From Sedimentisphaerales bacterium (GTDB lineage: Bacteria > Planctomycetota > Phycisphaerae > Sedimentisphaerales > Anaerobacaceae), in assembly GCA_963708075.1 (NCBI GenBank), contig OY970194.1, forward strand, positions 3,040,001-3,104,000: a stretch of DNA of 64,000 bases. Direction: 5' to 3'. Position numbers and translations under genes: made by a program. The notes under the pieces were generated by a model. That model saw nothing but the letters and a program-made list of their open reading frames with translations. It did not search any database and was not told where the DNA came from. Positions 30,106 through 40,684 of this stretch are shown here, piece by piece. The stretch's first letter is position 1; each line of letters starts with the position of its first letter.

Positions 30106-30723
30106 ATGTGGGATTTCTTCGATCAACCCTGGACGTTGTTAGCTGCGGCGGTAATCGTTCTGCTGGGCCTTTTGACGTTTCGCAGCGTCTGGCCTGAGAA
30201 ACGCCGATGGTGGCAGTGGCTTCTGCCGGCAGGCGTCGCCATTCTGGGGCTGGGCCTCGATCTAGTTGTCGCGACAGACCTGGAGAAGATCAACCGCATC
30301 GGCCAGATCGCCATGAGGGCAGCGGAGGAGGAAGATTGCAGCGCCCTTGGCCGCCTCATCGCCAACGACTACGAGGATTCATTTCACAAGGACAAGCAGG
30401 CATTCCTGGGTCGCTGTCGGGCCCGGCTTGTCCCGCCAGCCGTCGAGCGGGTCCGAAAGATCGGCATGGCCGTCGATATCAAGTCACGCGACGCAACCGT
30501 GACACTCACCGCCAGCGTGAAGCTGGAGGCGGAGAGCTTCTGGGTCCGCAGCTACGGCAAGTCCGCCGCCCTGGTCAAGGCGCAGTTCTGGCTCCGCAAG
30601 CAGCCGGACGGAAGCTGGCTCGTCACCCGCATCGAGATCCTCGAAGTAGACAAGATCCCCACAGGCTGGGGCGTGGCAAGGGATTGCCCAGGCGACACCG
30701 AACTGTGCAGGCTTTTGACATAG
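30106..30723 (+). CDS. Membrane-anchored hypothetical protein (two TM plus possible NTF2-like domain)
   Basis: Two hydrophobic helices, then LIANDYED and a terminal DGSWLVTRIE strand. Confidence 0.6.
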   Translation: MWDFFDQPWTLLAAAVIVLLGLLTFRSVWPEKRRWWQWLLPAGVAILGLGLDLVVATDLEKINRIGQIAMRAAEEEDCSALGRLIANDYEDSFHKDKQAFLGRCRARLVPPAVERVRKIGMAVDIKSRDATVTLTASVKLEAESFWVRSYGKSAALVKAQFWLRKQPDGSWLVTRIEILEVDKIPTGWGVARDCPGDTELCRLLT

Positions 30724-30736
30724 GATGCGTTAAGTT

Positions 30737-30801
30737 GTCACCCTCGCGAAGGTGGCAGTCCGTGCGGCGGTTTCCTGGATTCCCGCCTGCGCGGGAATGA
30801 C
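30737..30801. repeat. REP-like doublet, same family as 24335-24405
   Basis: Identical right arm CTGGATTCCCGCCTGCGCGGGAATGAC; degenerate left arm. Confidence 0.75.
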
Positions 30802-30858
30802 ATCAGGGGGTCTTTGACCTCGTTGCACCACAGGCTCGGTCGCGTGCGCCAGGCAGGT

Positions 30859-31617
30859 CTATGAGGTCGCCGGGCCGGCGGTTAGTTGGGAAGCTACCGT
30901 GGCTGTGGCGGCACGGAGTTTCTCCTCATCGGCCAGGTAGTAATGTCCCTGGGCTTCGAGGTTGTTGTCCAACTCGTACACGAGTGGAATGCCCGTGGGG
31001 ATGTTCAGCTCCGTGATCTCGGCGTCGCTTAGGCCGTCGAGGTATTTGACCAGCGCACGAATGCTGTTGCCGTGGGCGGAAATGAGGACCTTCCTGCCCT
31101 GCTTCAGGACAGGGACGATCGCCTCGTGCCAGTAGGGAAGGACCCGTTCCAGCGTCGTCTTGAGCGACTCGGTGGCAGGCAGCAGCTCCCGGGGCACTTC
31201 CGCGTACCGGGGATCGTGCCGGGGGTGTCGCGGATCATTGTCGGGCAGCGGATCAGGGGGAATATCGTAACTTCGCCGCCAGATCTGGACCTGCTCGAGT
31301 CCAAACTTTTCGGCCATGTCCCTCTTGTTCAAGCCCTGAAGCACGCCGTAATGCCTCTCGTTCAACCGCCAGGAGCGACAGACGGGAATCCACATCAGGT
31401 CCATATCATCGACGATGATCCACAGCGTGCGGATCGCCCGTTTCAGGACAGACGTGAACGCGATATCGAATACATAGCCTCCCCGGATCAGGGCGTCGGT
31501 CGCCTCGTGCGCTTCCCGCACCCCCTGCGGCGACAGGTCAACATCGGTCCAACCCGTGAAGCGGTTCTCCAGATTCCACGTGCTTTGCCCGTGCCTGACG
31601 AGCACCAGCTTGATCAT
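30859..31617 (-). CDS. gpmA: 2,3-bisphosphoglycerate-dependent phosphoglycerate mutase
   Basis: [40 protein letters not shown]. Confidence 0.95.
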   Translation of the reverse strand: MIKLVLVRHGQSTWNLENRFTGWTDVDLSPQGVREAHEATDALIRGGYVFDIAFTSVLKRAIRTLWIIVDDMDLMWIPVCRSWRLNERHYGVLQGLNKRDMAEKFGLEQVQIWRRSYDIPPDPLPDNDPRHPRHDPRYAEVPRELLPATESLKTTLERVLPYWHEAIVPVLKQGRKVLISAHGNSIRALVKYLDGLSDAEITELNIPTGIPLVYELDNNLEAQGHYYLADEEKLRAATATVASQLTAGPATS

Positions 31618-31664
31618 AAGGTCACCCCCTTCTGCCGCACGTATCTTCGTCCAGAGACTCGGAT

Positions 31665-31850
31665 CTACAGGTCCACCGGCTTGCAGAGGTTTTCCTTTTG
31701 GGCGGCGACACGGCCGCAGACTTTGCACATGTACTTGGCGTCGCGTACGAGTTTCTTGTACTCTTCGGGATTGCTGATCTGAAAACCGAGGTTATTCAGG
31801 TAGCACAGATGTACCTCATGTCCGGGATGGGGTATTTCTACTTTAGCCAT
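31665..31850 (-). CDS. Small Cys/His-rich hypothetical protein (61 aa)
   Basis: AGGAG SD; HEVHLC...[17 protein letters not shown]. Confidence 0.7.
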   Translation of the reverse strand: MAKVEIPHPGHEVHLCYLNNLGFQISNPEEYKKLVRDAKYMCKVCGRVAAQKENLCKPVDL

Positions 31851-32138
31851 GGTTCTCCTGCTTTCCAAAGCTCCTGCAAGCCCGTTCGGGACCGTCGGCT
31901 CCATTGTCTCTCAGGCCATCCACGGGCTCAGTTCTCTACTCTATGTACCGCCCTCGTACCCCCCCGGTTCATCCCCGTGCGCGATCTCCGGGGGCAGCCT
32001 GCCGCGGTCCGGGTGCGGCAATTTGGGCATAGAATCGCGGAACATTTTCTCGACGGGTGCGTTCCGTTCGGCTATATTCATGCGACAAGTAGTACATAGT
32101 ACCCAGCACACTGACAACCGTACATGGAGAAGCAGAAG

Positions 32139-32904
32139 ATGAATTATCGCAGAGTGATTCCCTGTCTGGATGTCAAACACGGCCGCCTGGTGAAGGGCGT
32201 GAACTTCATCAACCTGGCGGATGTCGGCGACCCCGCCGAGACCGCTGCCGCGTACAGCCAGGCCGGCGCAGACGAACTGGTCTTTCTGGACATCACGGCG
32301 ACAGTGGAGGGACGCAAGACGCTTCTGGACGCCGTCAAGCGGACGGTGGAGCGAACCTCCGTACCCCTGACCGTCGGCGGAGGTATCAATAGCTGCAAGG
32401 CCATCGAGGAACTGCTGGGCCTCGGTGTGTCTAAGGTCTCAATAAATACGGCCGCCGTGCGCAGCCCAAGCCTGGTCAAGGAATCCGTCAAGACCTTCGG
32501 AACGGACAAGATCACGATCGCCATCGATACGGCCAAGAACCCCGACCTGCCTTCGGGTTTTGAGGTAATGATCAAAGGCGGAACGGCCGGTACGGGCATC
32601 GACGCCGTCGAGTGGGCCAAAAAGGTCGCGGGCCTTGGCGCCGGGGCCATCCTGCCCACAAGCATGGATACCGACGGCACCCAGGGCGGCTACGACATTC
32701 CCATGACGCGGGCCATTGCGGACGCGGTTCTCCCTGCCGGTAATCGCCTCCGGCGGCGCGGGGACCCTGGATCATCTATATGAGGCCGTAGTCGATGGGC
32801 ACGCCGACGCCGTCCTCGTGGCCTCTATCGCCCATTTCGGCAAATATAGCATCAAGGAGATGAAGCAATACCTTGCCGAGCGGGACATCCCCGTCAGACT
32901 CTGA
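32139..32904 (+). CDS. hisF: Imidazole glycerol phosphate synthase subunit HisF (frameshift ~32728)
   Basis: [48 protein letters not shown] in the next frame. Confidence 0.9.
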
Positions 32905-33300
32905 GCCGATACGGCGTTATCGCCCCTTGCGAGTTTCGCCATCCCGGGCAACCCTTAAGTAACCTGCTCTTTGCCTCCCCGGCAAAAGTTGGACCCCGGA
33001 TTGGCCGATAGGGAGGAGGGTGACAGTCCATGATTGTTTTGATGGCGGTATGTGCGTGAGCGTATGTTCGGCTGGCTGACAAAAGACAAATTCCTCCTGA
33101 AGGCCAAACTCTTCACGATTCGCTGGTATCCCAGCAGCCGCAGTTGCCTCAAGCTCGCCGATAAGAAACGCCCCCCCCAGCAGATGCCGCCCCTCATGGT
33201 GCGCAAACCCGAGTGGCGCCGATAAAGAACCAGGGCCTGCGTCAAGCGAAGCAGGCCCCAGTCACATGATCCATTTCCAGCGACATCCATCGACCGCCGA

Positions 33301-35169
33301 CTATTCCTTTGCCGGCGCCGATTTGGTCAGGTAAATGTCATCGAAGTAGAGCGGTCCTGTGCCACCTCGTACCGGCTTGACCCGGTCGCCGACACCTATG
33401 AACATCTTTCGTACGGCTGCAAGGTTCACGCCCGCGTTGGTGAAGTCGCTGAGCGGGACCTTCCACTCGACCCAGGTCTTGCCTGTCAGGACTTCCGGGT
33501 CGGGATGCGTGACGACACCCGTGTGGTTGGAGGCATCCCGCAGCGCGACGTACAGCCGGTCGGCCGCGTTCACTGTTGCTTCGTCGATTCGGGCCGTGCC
33601 CCACGAACTGGGAACGTGAGCGATCCCATGCCAGGCAACCTGTGAATCACGGTTTCCGCCGTCGTCATCGTCGTTGATCATCACGTCAATCCCGACCAAC
33701 TGGCCCTGGCGCGGCGACCCGCCGATTACCACGGACCACGGCAGTTGGATTTCATGGCGGTACCCGGAAGCGGTCGTGACCACCGCGTATTTTACGCCCA
33801 CCAGGCTATCCGGTGAACGATACCATTCGACAGGCGTCTCCACTACCGCGTGGTTCCAGCGGAAGCAGTACTGACAGTCCTTCGTGGTATCCTGAGCGGC
33901 GTCCTTGCTGTTGTCCCCATCGGTGAAGACCTCGATGCGATCGTCCAGCCATCCCTGGGCGGCATCCGAATCCTGCACCAAGGCCTCGTCGTTGACATCG
34001 ACCAGCAGGTAGAGATACGCGGAATCGTACATGGCTCGAAAACTGCCGGAGGAATCCTGCGGGCCACTGGCCTGACCGTCTACCAATGTGCTGATATACT
34101 GCACCGATGCCTTGGCCCAGGCTTCATCCATGTTGCCGTCGAGCACCGGCGGCGTCGCTGCCTGCGGGATGTCAAACTCCCGTGACTGACCGTGGACGTA
34201 GAGGGTCAATGTATCCAGGCCGTTGAGCATCCAATCCTGTGACGTCGTCCAGGTCCGCTCCGCCTCCGAGTAGAATGGCAAGTTAATGTTGTTGTAGTCC
34301 AGCGGCATCGATTGCATGCCGCCATGTACGGTTTTGGTTTCGGCAATGGTAGTATACGGGGAGCCTGCCGCCCAGATGTCGTGCCCGACAGAGGCGCCGG
34401 TGTCATTGCCCGGATCGCCCGGAGCGGGCTCCGTGTAGCCCCAGCCGTCGACCCAGGTCTGGAAGATGCGGCCTGTCACTTCATCCGTATAGCTCTCGAA
34501 GTCATCTACGAGCAACATCGTCGAGAAACTCCACACGAGGCCCGGCACCACGGTATCGTCATAGAGGATCCCGTCCACGCGCCAGAAGTACGTTGTGGCC
34601 GGCAGCAGCTCGGCGGGAGCATAGTTGGGGTCTGTCACAATCCCCTTGTCCGCCTCCGCGGTCCCATCGACAACTGCGGCTTTATTGTCACTCAAGTACA
34701 CATGGTGCTTGCCGGCGCCCTGGCCGGGAAGCCATTTCAGGTCCGGCGTAACGGAAACTGTGTTGCTCCCGTCCACAGGGTCAGGCAGGTACGCCGTCGT
34801 GGCCTGCACGGTAAAGACCCACACGTCGCCCTGGACCACCGTCACCAGATCATTCTCGATCTCATCGACTCGCCAGTAGTAGGTCATTCCAGGCACGAAA
34901 CCACCCATGTGAATATAGGCTGTCGGCAGCCTCGCCAGCTTGGCAGCGACGACGTCCGCCGGGCCAAGCTCCGGGCTCGTACCGAGATACACCCTATGGA
35001 AGACCGCTGTGCTGCCTGCCTGCCATTGCAGAACGCCAATCGGTCCAGACGGCGCGTCTACCCGCCCGTCCACCGGATCGGGAGTATGGGCCTTCTTCTG
35101 GCCCCACGAGACGCCACACGCACTCAGCAGTATGGCCGCGATAATCAGATACCCTGCTCGTCTACGCAT
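33301..35169 (-). CDS. Secreted protein with Fn3/Ig-like repeats and a CBM9-like sugar-binding module, paralog 2
   Basis: Signal peptide; Y(Y/F)WRVD repeats; DDFESY; PVLDG..DEAW, YD..YLY, IGIDV.INDDD-type CBM9/DOMON motifs. Confidence 0.8.
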   Translation of the reverse strand: MRRRAGYLIIAAILLSACGVSWGQKKAHTPDPVDGRVDAPSGPIGVLQWQAGSTAVFHRVYLGTSPELGPADVVAAKLARLPTAYIHMGGFVPGMTYYWRVDEIENDLVTVVQGDVWVFTVQATTAYLPDPVDGSNTVSVTPDLKWLPGQGAGKHHVYLSDNKAAVVDGTAEADKGIVTDPNYAPAELLPATTYFWRVDGILYDDTVVPGLVWSFSTMLLVDDFESYTDEVTGRIFQTWVDGWGYTEPAPGDPGNDTGASVGHDIWAAGSPYTTIAETKTVHGGMQSMPLDYNNINLPFYSEAERTWTTSQDWMLNGLDTLTLYVHGQSREFDIPQAATPPVLDGNMDEAWAKASVQYISTLVDGQASGPQDSSGSFRAMYDSAYLYLLVDVNDEALVQDSDAAQGWLDDRIEVFTDGDNSKDAAQDTTKDCQYCFRWNHAVVETPVEWYRSPDSLVGVKYAVVTTASGYRHEIQLPWSVVIGGSPRQGQLVGIDVMINDDDDGGNRDSQVAWHGIAHVPSSWGTARIDEATVNAADRLYVALRDASNHTGVVTHPDPEVLTGKTWVEWKVPLSDFTNAGVNLAAVRKMFIGVGDRVKPVRGGTGPLYFDDIYLTKSAPAKE

Positions 35170-37195
35170 GTCTTTCCTCCTTCAAAATAGAACTATACCC
35201 CGCGGACGCCGGAACATGAACAACGGGAGCCTGCACTATATGGTGCAGGCCCCCTGCCGCATAATCGCTGTCGTCCCTGTGACCGGTTCACTGCCACGCA
35301 TATCAGCTTCGTGACTACTCCGTTGCCGGCGCCGGCCTGGTCAGGTAGATGTCATCGATGTAGAGCGAGCCGGCGGCGCCCTTTACCGGTTTGGCACGGT
35401 CGCCGACACCAATGAACATCTTCCGGATAGCCTGCAGGTTCACGCCGGCATCGGTGAAGTCCTTGAGCGGGATCTTCCACTCCACGAATTTCGTGGACGT
35501 CAGGATCCCCGCGTCAGGACTCGTGATCACGCCCGTATGGTTGGCGGCATCCCGCAGGGCAATATACAGCGCATCGGCTCCGCCCGTGACCTCCGGGACC
35601 GCGACCGCTGCCGTGCCCCAACTGGCGGCGATTTGCCAGTCGTCGCCCGACAGCGAGTGCCACGAAACCTGCGCCTCACGAGTGTCCCCGCCGTCGTCGT
35701 CGTCATTGTAGAAGCAGTCGATCCCAATGAGCTTGCCGGTCGGCACTGCCGAGCCGATCAGCGTCTGCCAGGGCAACTGGATCTCGATGCGCCATCCGGT
35801 GGCGGTGTTGACCTGGGCCATTACGACATTCGTGATATCCATATTCGTCCCCTGGATATCGGTGGCCGTCCACCCGAGGGTGTACTGGCGGTTGTGACCC
35901 GACAGCGGGGACGGACCCTTGGTGTTCTCTCCGTCGATGTAGAACTCGACGCTGTCATCCAGGTAGGCGGAGCTGGAGTCATTCCGGAGGTTCTCGTCGT
36001 TGATGTCGACCAGAGCATAAAGGTTTTGAGCATCATACAGCACGCGGAACTGGCCGGATGCATCAGCCGGGTTGTTCACTATGCCGACGATGGCGCGATT
36101 GACGGGCAGCACCACCGCCTGCGCCCAGGCTTCATCAGGCTGGCCGTCGATCACTGGTGGCGTCGCCACTTTCGCCATGTCGAAGTCCCTCGCCCGTCCC
36201 TGAACGTAGAGGGTCAGCGTGTCAAGGCCGTTGAGCGTCCAATCCTGCGACGTCGTCCAGGTCCTCTCCGCCTCTGAGTAGAACGGCAAGTTGATGTTGT
36301 TGTAGTCCAGCGGCATCGATTGCATGCCGCCATGCACGGCTTTGGTTTCGGCAATGGTAGTATACGGGGAGCCTGCCGCCCAGATGTCGTGCCCGACAGA
36401 GGCGCCGGTGTCATTGCCCGGATCGCCCGGAGCGGGCTCCGTGTAGCCCCAGCCGTCGACCCAGGTCTGGAAGAGGCGCTGGCCGACTTCGTTGCTGTAG
36501 CTCTCGAAGTCATCTATGGGCAGGATGGTGGTGAAACTCCACACGAGGCCGGGTGCCACGGTATCGTCAAAGAGGATCCCATCCACGCGCCAGAAGTACG
36601 TTGTGGCCGGCAGCAGCTCGGCGGGAGCGTAGTTGGGGTCTGTCACAATCCCCTTGTCCGCCTCCGCGGTCCCATCGACAACTGCGGCTTTATTGTCGCT
36701 CAAGTACACATGGTGCTTGCCCGCGCCCTGACCCGGCACCCACTTGAGGTCCGGCGTAACGGAGACTGTGTTGCTCCCGTCCACTGGATCAGGCAGGTAC
36801 GCCGTTGTGGCCTGCACGGTAAAGACCCACACGTCGCCCTGGACCACCGTCACCAGATCCTTCTCGATCTCATCGACTCGCCAGTAGTAGGTCATTCCAG
36901 GCACGAAACCACCCATGTGAATATAGGCCGTCGGCAGCTTCGCCAGCTTGGCGTTGACGACGTCCGCCGGGCCAAGCTCCGGGCTCGTACCGAGAGACAC
37001 CCTATGGAAGACCGCTGTGCTGCCTGCCTGCCATTGCAGAACGCCAATCGGTCCGGACGGCACGTCTACCCGCCCATCCACCGGATCGGGAGTATGGGCC
37101 TTCTTCTGGCCCCACGAGACGCCACACGCACTCAGCAGTATGGCCGCGATAATCAGATACCCTGCTCGTCTACGCATGTCTTTCCTCCTTCAAAG
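34196..37195. repeat. ~990-bp near-identical direct repeat (34196-35187 and 36204-37195)
   Basis: Offset of 2008 bp; covers the SD and the 5' half of both paralogs. Confidence 0.85.
35315..37177 (-). CDS. Secreted protein with Fn3/Ig-like repeats and a CBM9-like module, paralog 1
   Basis: 5' half nearly identical to 33301-35169; divergent CBM9-like module. Confidence 0.8.
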   Translation of the reverse strand: MRRRAGYLIIAAILLSACGVSWGQKKAHTPDPVDGRVDVPSGPIGVLQWQAGSTAVFHRVSLGTSPELGPADVVNAKLAKLPTAYIHMGGFVPGMTYYWRVDEIEKDLVTVVQGDVWVFTVQATTAYLPDPVDGSNTVSVTPDLKWVPGQGAGKHHVYLSDNKAAVVDGTAEADKGIVTDPNYAPAELLPATTYFWRVDGILFDDTVAPGLVWSFTTILPIDDFESYSNEVGQRLFQTWVDGWGYTEPAPGDPGNDTGASVGHDIWAAGSPYTTIAETKAVHGGMQSMPLDYNNINLPFYSEAERTWTTSQDWTLNGLDTLTLYVQGRARDFDMAKVATPPVIDGQPDEAWAQAVVLPVNRAIVGIVNNPADASGQFRVLYDAQNLYALVDINDENLRNDSSSAYLDDSVEFYIDGENTKGPSPLSGHNRQYTLGWTATDIQGTNMDITNVVMAQVNTATGWRIEIQLPWQTLIGSAVPTGKLIGIDCFYNDDDDGGDTREAQVSWHSLSGDDWQIAASWGTAAVAVPEVTGGADALYIALRDAANHTGVITSPDAGILTSTKFVEWKIPLKDFTDAGVNLQAIRKMFIGVGDRAKPVKGAAGSLYIDDIYLTRPAPATE

Positions 37196-37571
37196 CAAAC
37201 GCCCACAGTCTTGGCCTGGCCACACACCAGGCGTCGTTCGCACACACTCATGGCGCCGGGCACAGAGATATCACGTGGGTACATCGCGACAGGACCGGCG
37301 TCGTACACTCGCACAAGGCACAGTTCGTAGATTGGTCCCCCCTGCTGTGTTCTCTCACCTCCTTCTCAGACACGCTGCTGATGGTGCGATTCGTACAGAA
37401 AACGGGAAGTAATACAGCAGAGGTGCACAAACCGCTCCACAGATCTTGTGTGACAACGTCCACATAGACCCACACTCCACGAACGCGGGGAGCATGATCC
37501 ACAGGAGCCCGCACAGCAGATCCGCTGCTCCACATGGCGTCGGAAGAAGTGACACAGTCACTTCTTCGGTC

Positions 37572-37600
37572 ACTGTACCACGCATCAAGCCCCTGTGCAA
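37572..37600 (-). promoter_or_regulatory. Candidate sigma70 promoter with an adjacent 11-bp inverted repeat (37543-37567)
   Basis: TTGCAC-N17-TACAGT with extended TG; GAAGAAGTGAC-ACA-GTCACTTCTTC at the predicted start site. Confidence 0.55.
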
Positions 37601-37926
37601 GCGAAATCCCGTCTTTATGGGGCGATAGAGCCACGACCCGGCAGATCGACTGTCACCCCCTGTCTTTATAGGACTACTGCGTCGTGCTCCTGTCTCTCAA
37701 GAGAAAACCGCCCTTTCTCAGTCACCAGAGGCTAAATACCCAATCCCTAGTGAAAACAAGATTCCCACTCGCCCATAGTTATCCATTTTGCCTCAAGATT
37801 TCCCCGCAGGCCTTCCGATACTACCCTCATGCAAGTTTCCCAAATTGACATTTGGAGCCTGAAGGAATGCAAGGTTCGCAGGCAATCGCACGAAGCCATC
37901 AACTCTGGTCAGTGAAGGAGACATCT

Positions 37927-38655
37927 ATGGTCAAGGAACAAGCTATAGCCAAGTACCTGGAAGCCCTGTTGCGTGGAGACCGCAGGATGTGTCGCAGCGT
38001 CGTCGAGGAGACCCTCCAGAGCGGCATCCCCGCCAACTCGGTATACCTGCACCTGATCTGGCCGGTTATGGCAGAGATCGAGCGGCTGCTGCGAACGGAT
38101 AAGATCACGACGATCCAGGAGCACCTGGCGACCCGCATCAATCGGACACTCGTGGATCAGTTGCAGAATAAGCTGCCCCGCCGCCCTGCCAAGCACAAGA
38201 AGGCGGCCGTCTGCTGCGCCCGCGAGGAGTTGCAGGAACTGGGGGCACAGATGATCGCCGACCTGTTCGAGAGCGACGGCTGGGAGGTCCGATTCCTCGG
38301 CGGCGGCCTGAGCAATGACGATATCTTCGGATACATCAATGAATACGCCCCGGACGTGCTGCTAGTCTACGGGACAACGCCCAAGCAGGCCCCCGACGTA
38401 CGGCGGCTGATCGACCGAGTCCGCGGCGTCAATGCCTGGCCGGACATGCGCATCGTCGTCTCCGGCGGGCTCTTCAACCGGGCAGAGGGTCTCTGGGAAG
38501 AGATCGGCGCCGATGGGTTTGCCGCGACCGCCGCGGAGGTCCTGCAAGTGGCCGCCGATGATTCGCAGGTGGCCAACCCGGACCGCAGAACCGTGAACCG
38601 GCGCAAACGCAAGTATCAGGCCCTGCCGGTAGAAGAGGCCAGTGTAACGCTATAA
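37927..38655 (+). CDS. Stand-alone cobalamin-binding-like protein (cap + Rossmann domain)
   Basis: IWPVMAEI..ITTIQEHLAT cap; GAQMIADLFESDGWEVRFLG; IVVSGG; IGADG. Confidence 0.8.
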   Translation: MVKEQAIAKYLEALLRGDRRMCRSVVEETLQSGIPANSVYLHLIWPVMAEIERLLRTDKITTIQEHLATRINRTLVDQLQNKLPRRPAKHKKAAVCCAREELQELGAQMIADLFESDGWEVRFLGGGLSNDDIFGYINEYAPDVLLVYGTTPKQAPDVRRLIDRVRGVNAWPDMRIVVSGGLFNRAEGLWEEIGADGFAATAAEVLQVAADDSQVANPDRRTVNRRKRKYQALPVEEASVTL

Positions 38656-38859
38656 CAAACGTCCGTCGGCGGGTTGCCGCTCACTGCGGTGACCCGCTAC
38701 GGCGGCTGGCACGCTATTCCTCCTGATCCTGTCCAAGCGTTGCCGATGGTCCGCTCCTCCCCAATCGCCGGGGCCCCCGGCCCGTGACGCTGCCACGCAT
38801 CCGTGTAGTCTCCGGCGACCTGATCTCAAGAACGCGGGATGTTCTCCGTCAGTGCGACA

Positions 38860-40422
38860 TCACTGTGAGTTCTTCTGGAGCTTGTATTCGACGCTATCCA
38901 CGAGGGCGAGCCAGCTTGCCTCGATGACGTTCTCCGAGACGCCCACCGTCCCCCAGACCGCCTGCTTGTCGCGCGACTCGATCACGACGCGGACGCGGGC
39001 CGCTGTACCGGCATGTGCATTGACCACGCGGACCTTGTAGTCGATCAGGTGCATGTCCTGAATATGCGGGTAGAACCGCTCCAGCGACCTGCGCAGCGCC
39101 GCGTCCAGCGCGTTCACGGGGCCGTCCCCCTCGCCGACAACGTGCTCGATCCCGTCGCCGACCTTGAGCTTGACCGTCGCTTCGGTGACAATCTCCCCGG
39201 TCCTGCGTTTTTCGACATCCACGTGATACTTGATCAACTCGAACGAAGGCTTGAAGGTTCCCAGGGTCTTCTTGATGAGCAGATCGAAGCTGGCGTTGGC
39301 CGCCTCGAATTGATAGCCCTCGTTCTCCAGCTCCTGCACCCGCTCCAGGATCTTCCTGGCCAGCTTCTTGTCCTGCGTGAGCTTGGCCTTCTCGAGCTCG
39401 GCGAGGATATTCGATTTGCCGCTGAGCTCCGAGATCAGGAACCGCCGCTCGTTGCCGACGAGTTCAGGCTCGACATGCTCGTAGGTCCGTTTGTTCTTGC
39501 GCAAGGCATCCACGTGCAGTCCCGCCTTGTGGGCAAACGCGCTCTCGCCCACGTAGGGCAGATTCATCACAGGCAGGATGTTCCCGATCTCAAAGATAAA
39601 TCGCGAGGTCTCGGTGAGCATCCGTATCTTCTCCGGCTTGAGGGTCTCCATGCCCATCTTGAAGGCGAGGCCCGGGATTACGGCACACAGATCGGCGTTG
39701 CCGCACCGCTCGCCCAGGCCGTTGATCGTGCCTTGCACGTGACGGACCCCGGCGCGCACCGCAGCCAGCGAGTTGGCGGTCGCACAATCCGCATCATTGT
39801 GGGTGTGAATCCCGATCGTGACGGAGCCGAAAGTCTCGCAGACGTTTCGAGTGATCTCATAGATTCGTTCGGGCAGCGAGCCGCCATTGGTGTCACAGAG
39901 GACCAGGGCATCCGCGCCGGCGTTCGCCGCGGCGGCGAGCACCTTCATGGCATACTCCGGGTTCTCCCGGTAACCGTCGAAGAAGTGCTCCGCGTCGAAG
40001 ATCGCCTCCAGGCCCTTGCTCTTGAGATACGCGATGGAGTCCGCGCAAATCGTCAGATTCTCATCCAGCGAGCAACCGAGCACCAGTTTGACGTGCAGAT
40101 CCCACGTCTTGCCCACAATCGTCGCCGCCGGCGTCTTGCAGGCGAGAATCGCATTGAGCGAGACATCGTCGGCAACGCAGCAATCGGCCCGCCGGGTGCT
40201 GCCAAACGCGGCGATTCTCGAGTTCGTCAGGCCCAGGCCGGCCACCTCCTTGAAGAATTGCATCTCCTTGGGGTTTGACGCCGCGTAGCCGCCTTCGATG
40301 TAATCCAAGCCCAGGCTGTCCAGCCACTGGGCAATGGCCAGCTTGTCCTTGAGAGAGAAGCTTACGCCTTCCGCCTGCATCCCATCGCGTAACGTCGTAT
40401 CGTACAGTGCTACTTTTGTCAT
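38860..40422 (-). CDS. cimA: Citramalate synthase (LeuA/CimA family)
   Basis: YDTTLRDGMQAEG, FDAEHFFDG, GIHTHND, AFAHKAGLH, GDGPVNALD, DYKVRV. Confidence 0.9.
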   Translation of the reverse strand: MTKVALYDTTLRDGMQAEGVSFSLKDKLAIAQWLDSLGLDYIEGGYAASNPKEMQFFKEVAGLGLTNSRIAAFGSTRRADCCVADDVSLNAILACKTPAATIVGKTWDLHVKLVLGCSLDENLTICADSIAYLKSKGLEAIFDAEHFFDGYRENPEYAMKVLAAAANAGADALVLCDTNGGSLPERIYEITRNVCETFGSVTIGIHTHNDADCATANSLAAVRAGVRHVQGTINGLGERCGNADLCAVIPGLAFKMGMETLKPEKIRMLTETSRFIFEIGNILPVMNLPYVGESAFAHKAGLHVDALRKNKRTYEHVEPELVGNERRFLISELSGKSNILAELEKAKLTQDKKLARKILERVQELENEGYQFEAANASFDLLIKKTLGTFKPSFELIKYHVDVEKRRTGEIVTEATVKLKVGDGIEHVVGEGDGPVNALDAALRRSLERFYPHIQDMHLIDYKVRVVNAHAGTAARVRVVIESRDKQAVWGTVGVSENVIEASWLALVDSVEYKLQKNSQ

Positions 40423-40684
40423 ATCACATCCTGGCTCTATCTGGGACCATCCGACACAGGGACCTGTGCCGGCAGGAGTCCTCACAATGAGAAACGTGCC
40501 TGATTCTACACACTCGGCACCTTCTGTAAAGACCCAAGTCCGTCAACCACAGCATCGGGCCCGTCCGGCAAAGAAATCGTGCCGGAGAAGCAATAAAGGT
40601 CTTGGCAATATGGCGATGCGCGGGTATACTCCCCCGTTTGTATTGAGGTGCTTGCGGTCTGATATCGTTTTGGTCTCTTGTACC

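Noticed and set aside
33301..37195. Diversity-generating retroelement (TR/VR) or shufflon
   Set aside because: Mismatches I inspected between the copies are not adenine-specific, and no reverse transcriptase or recombinase is present.
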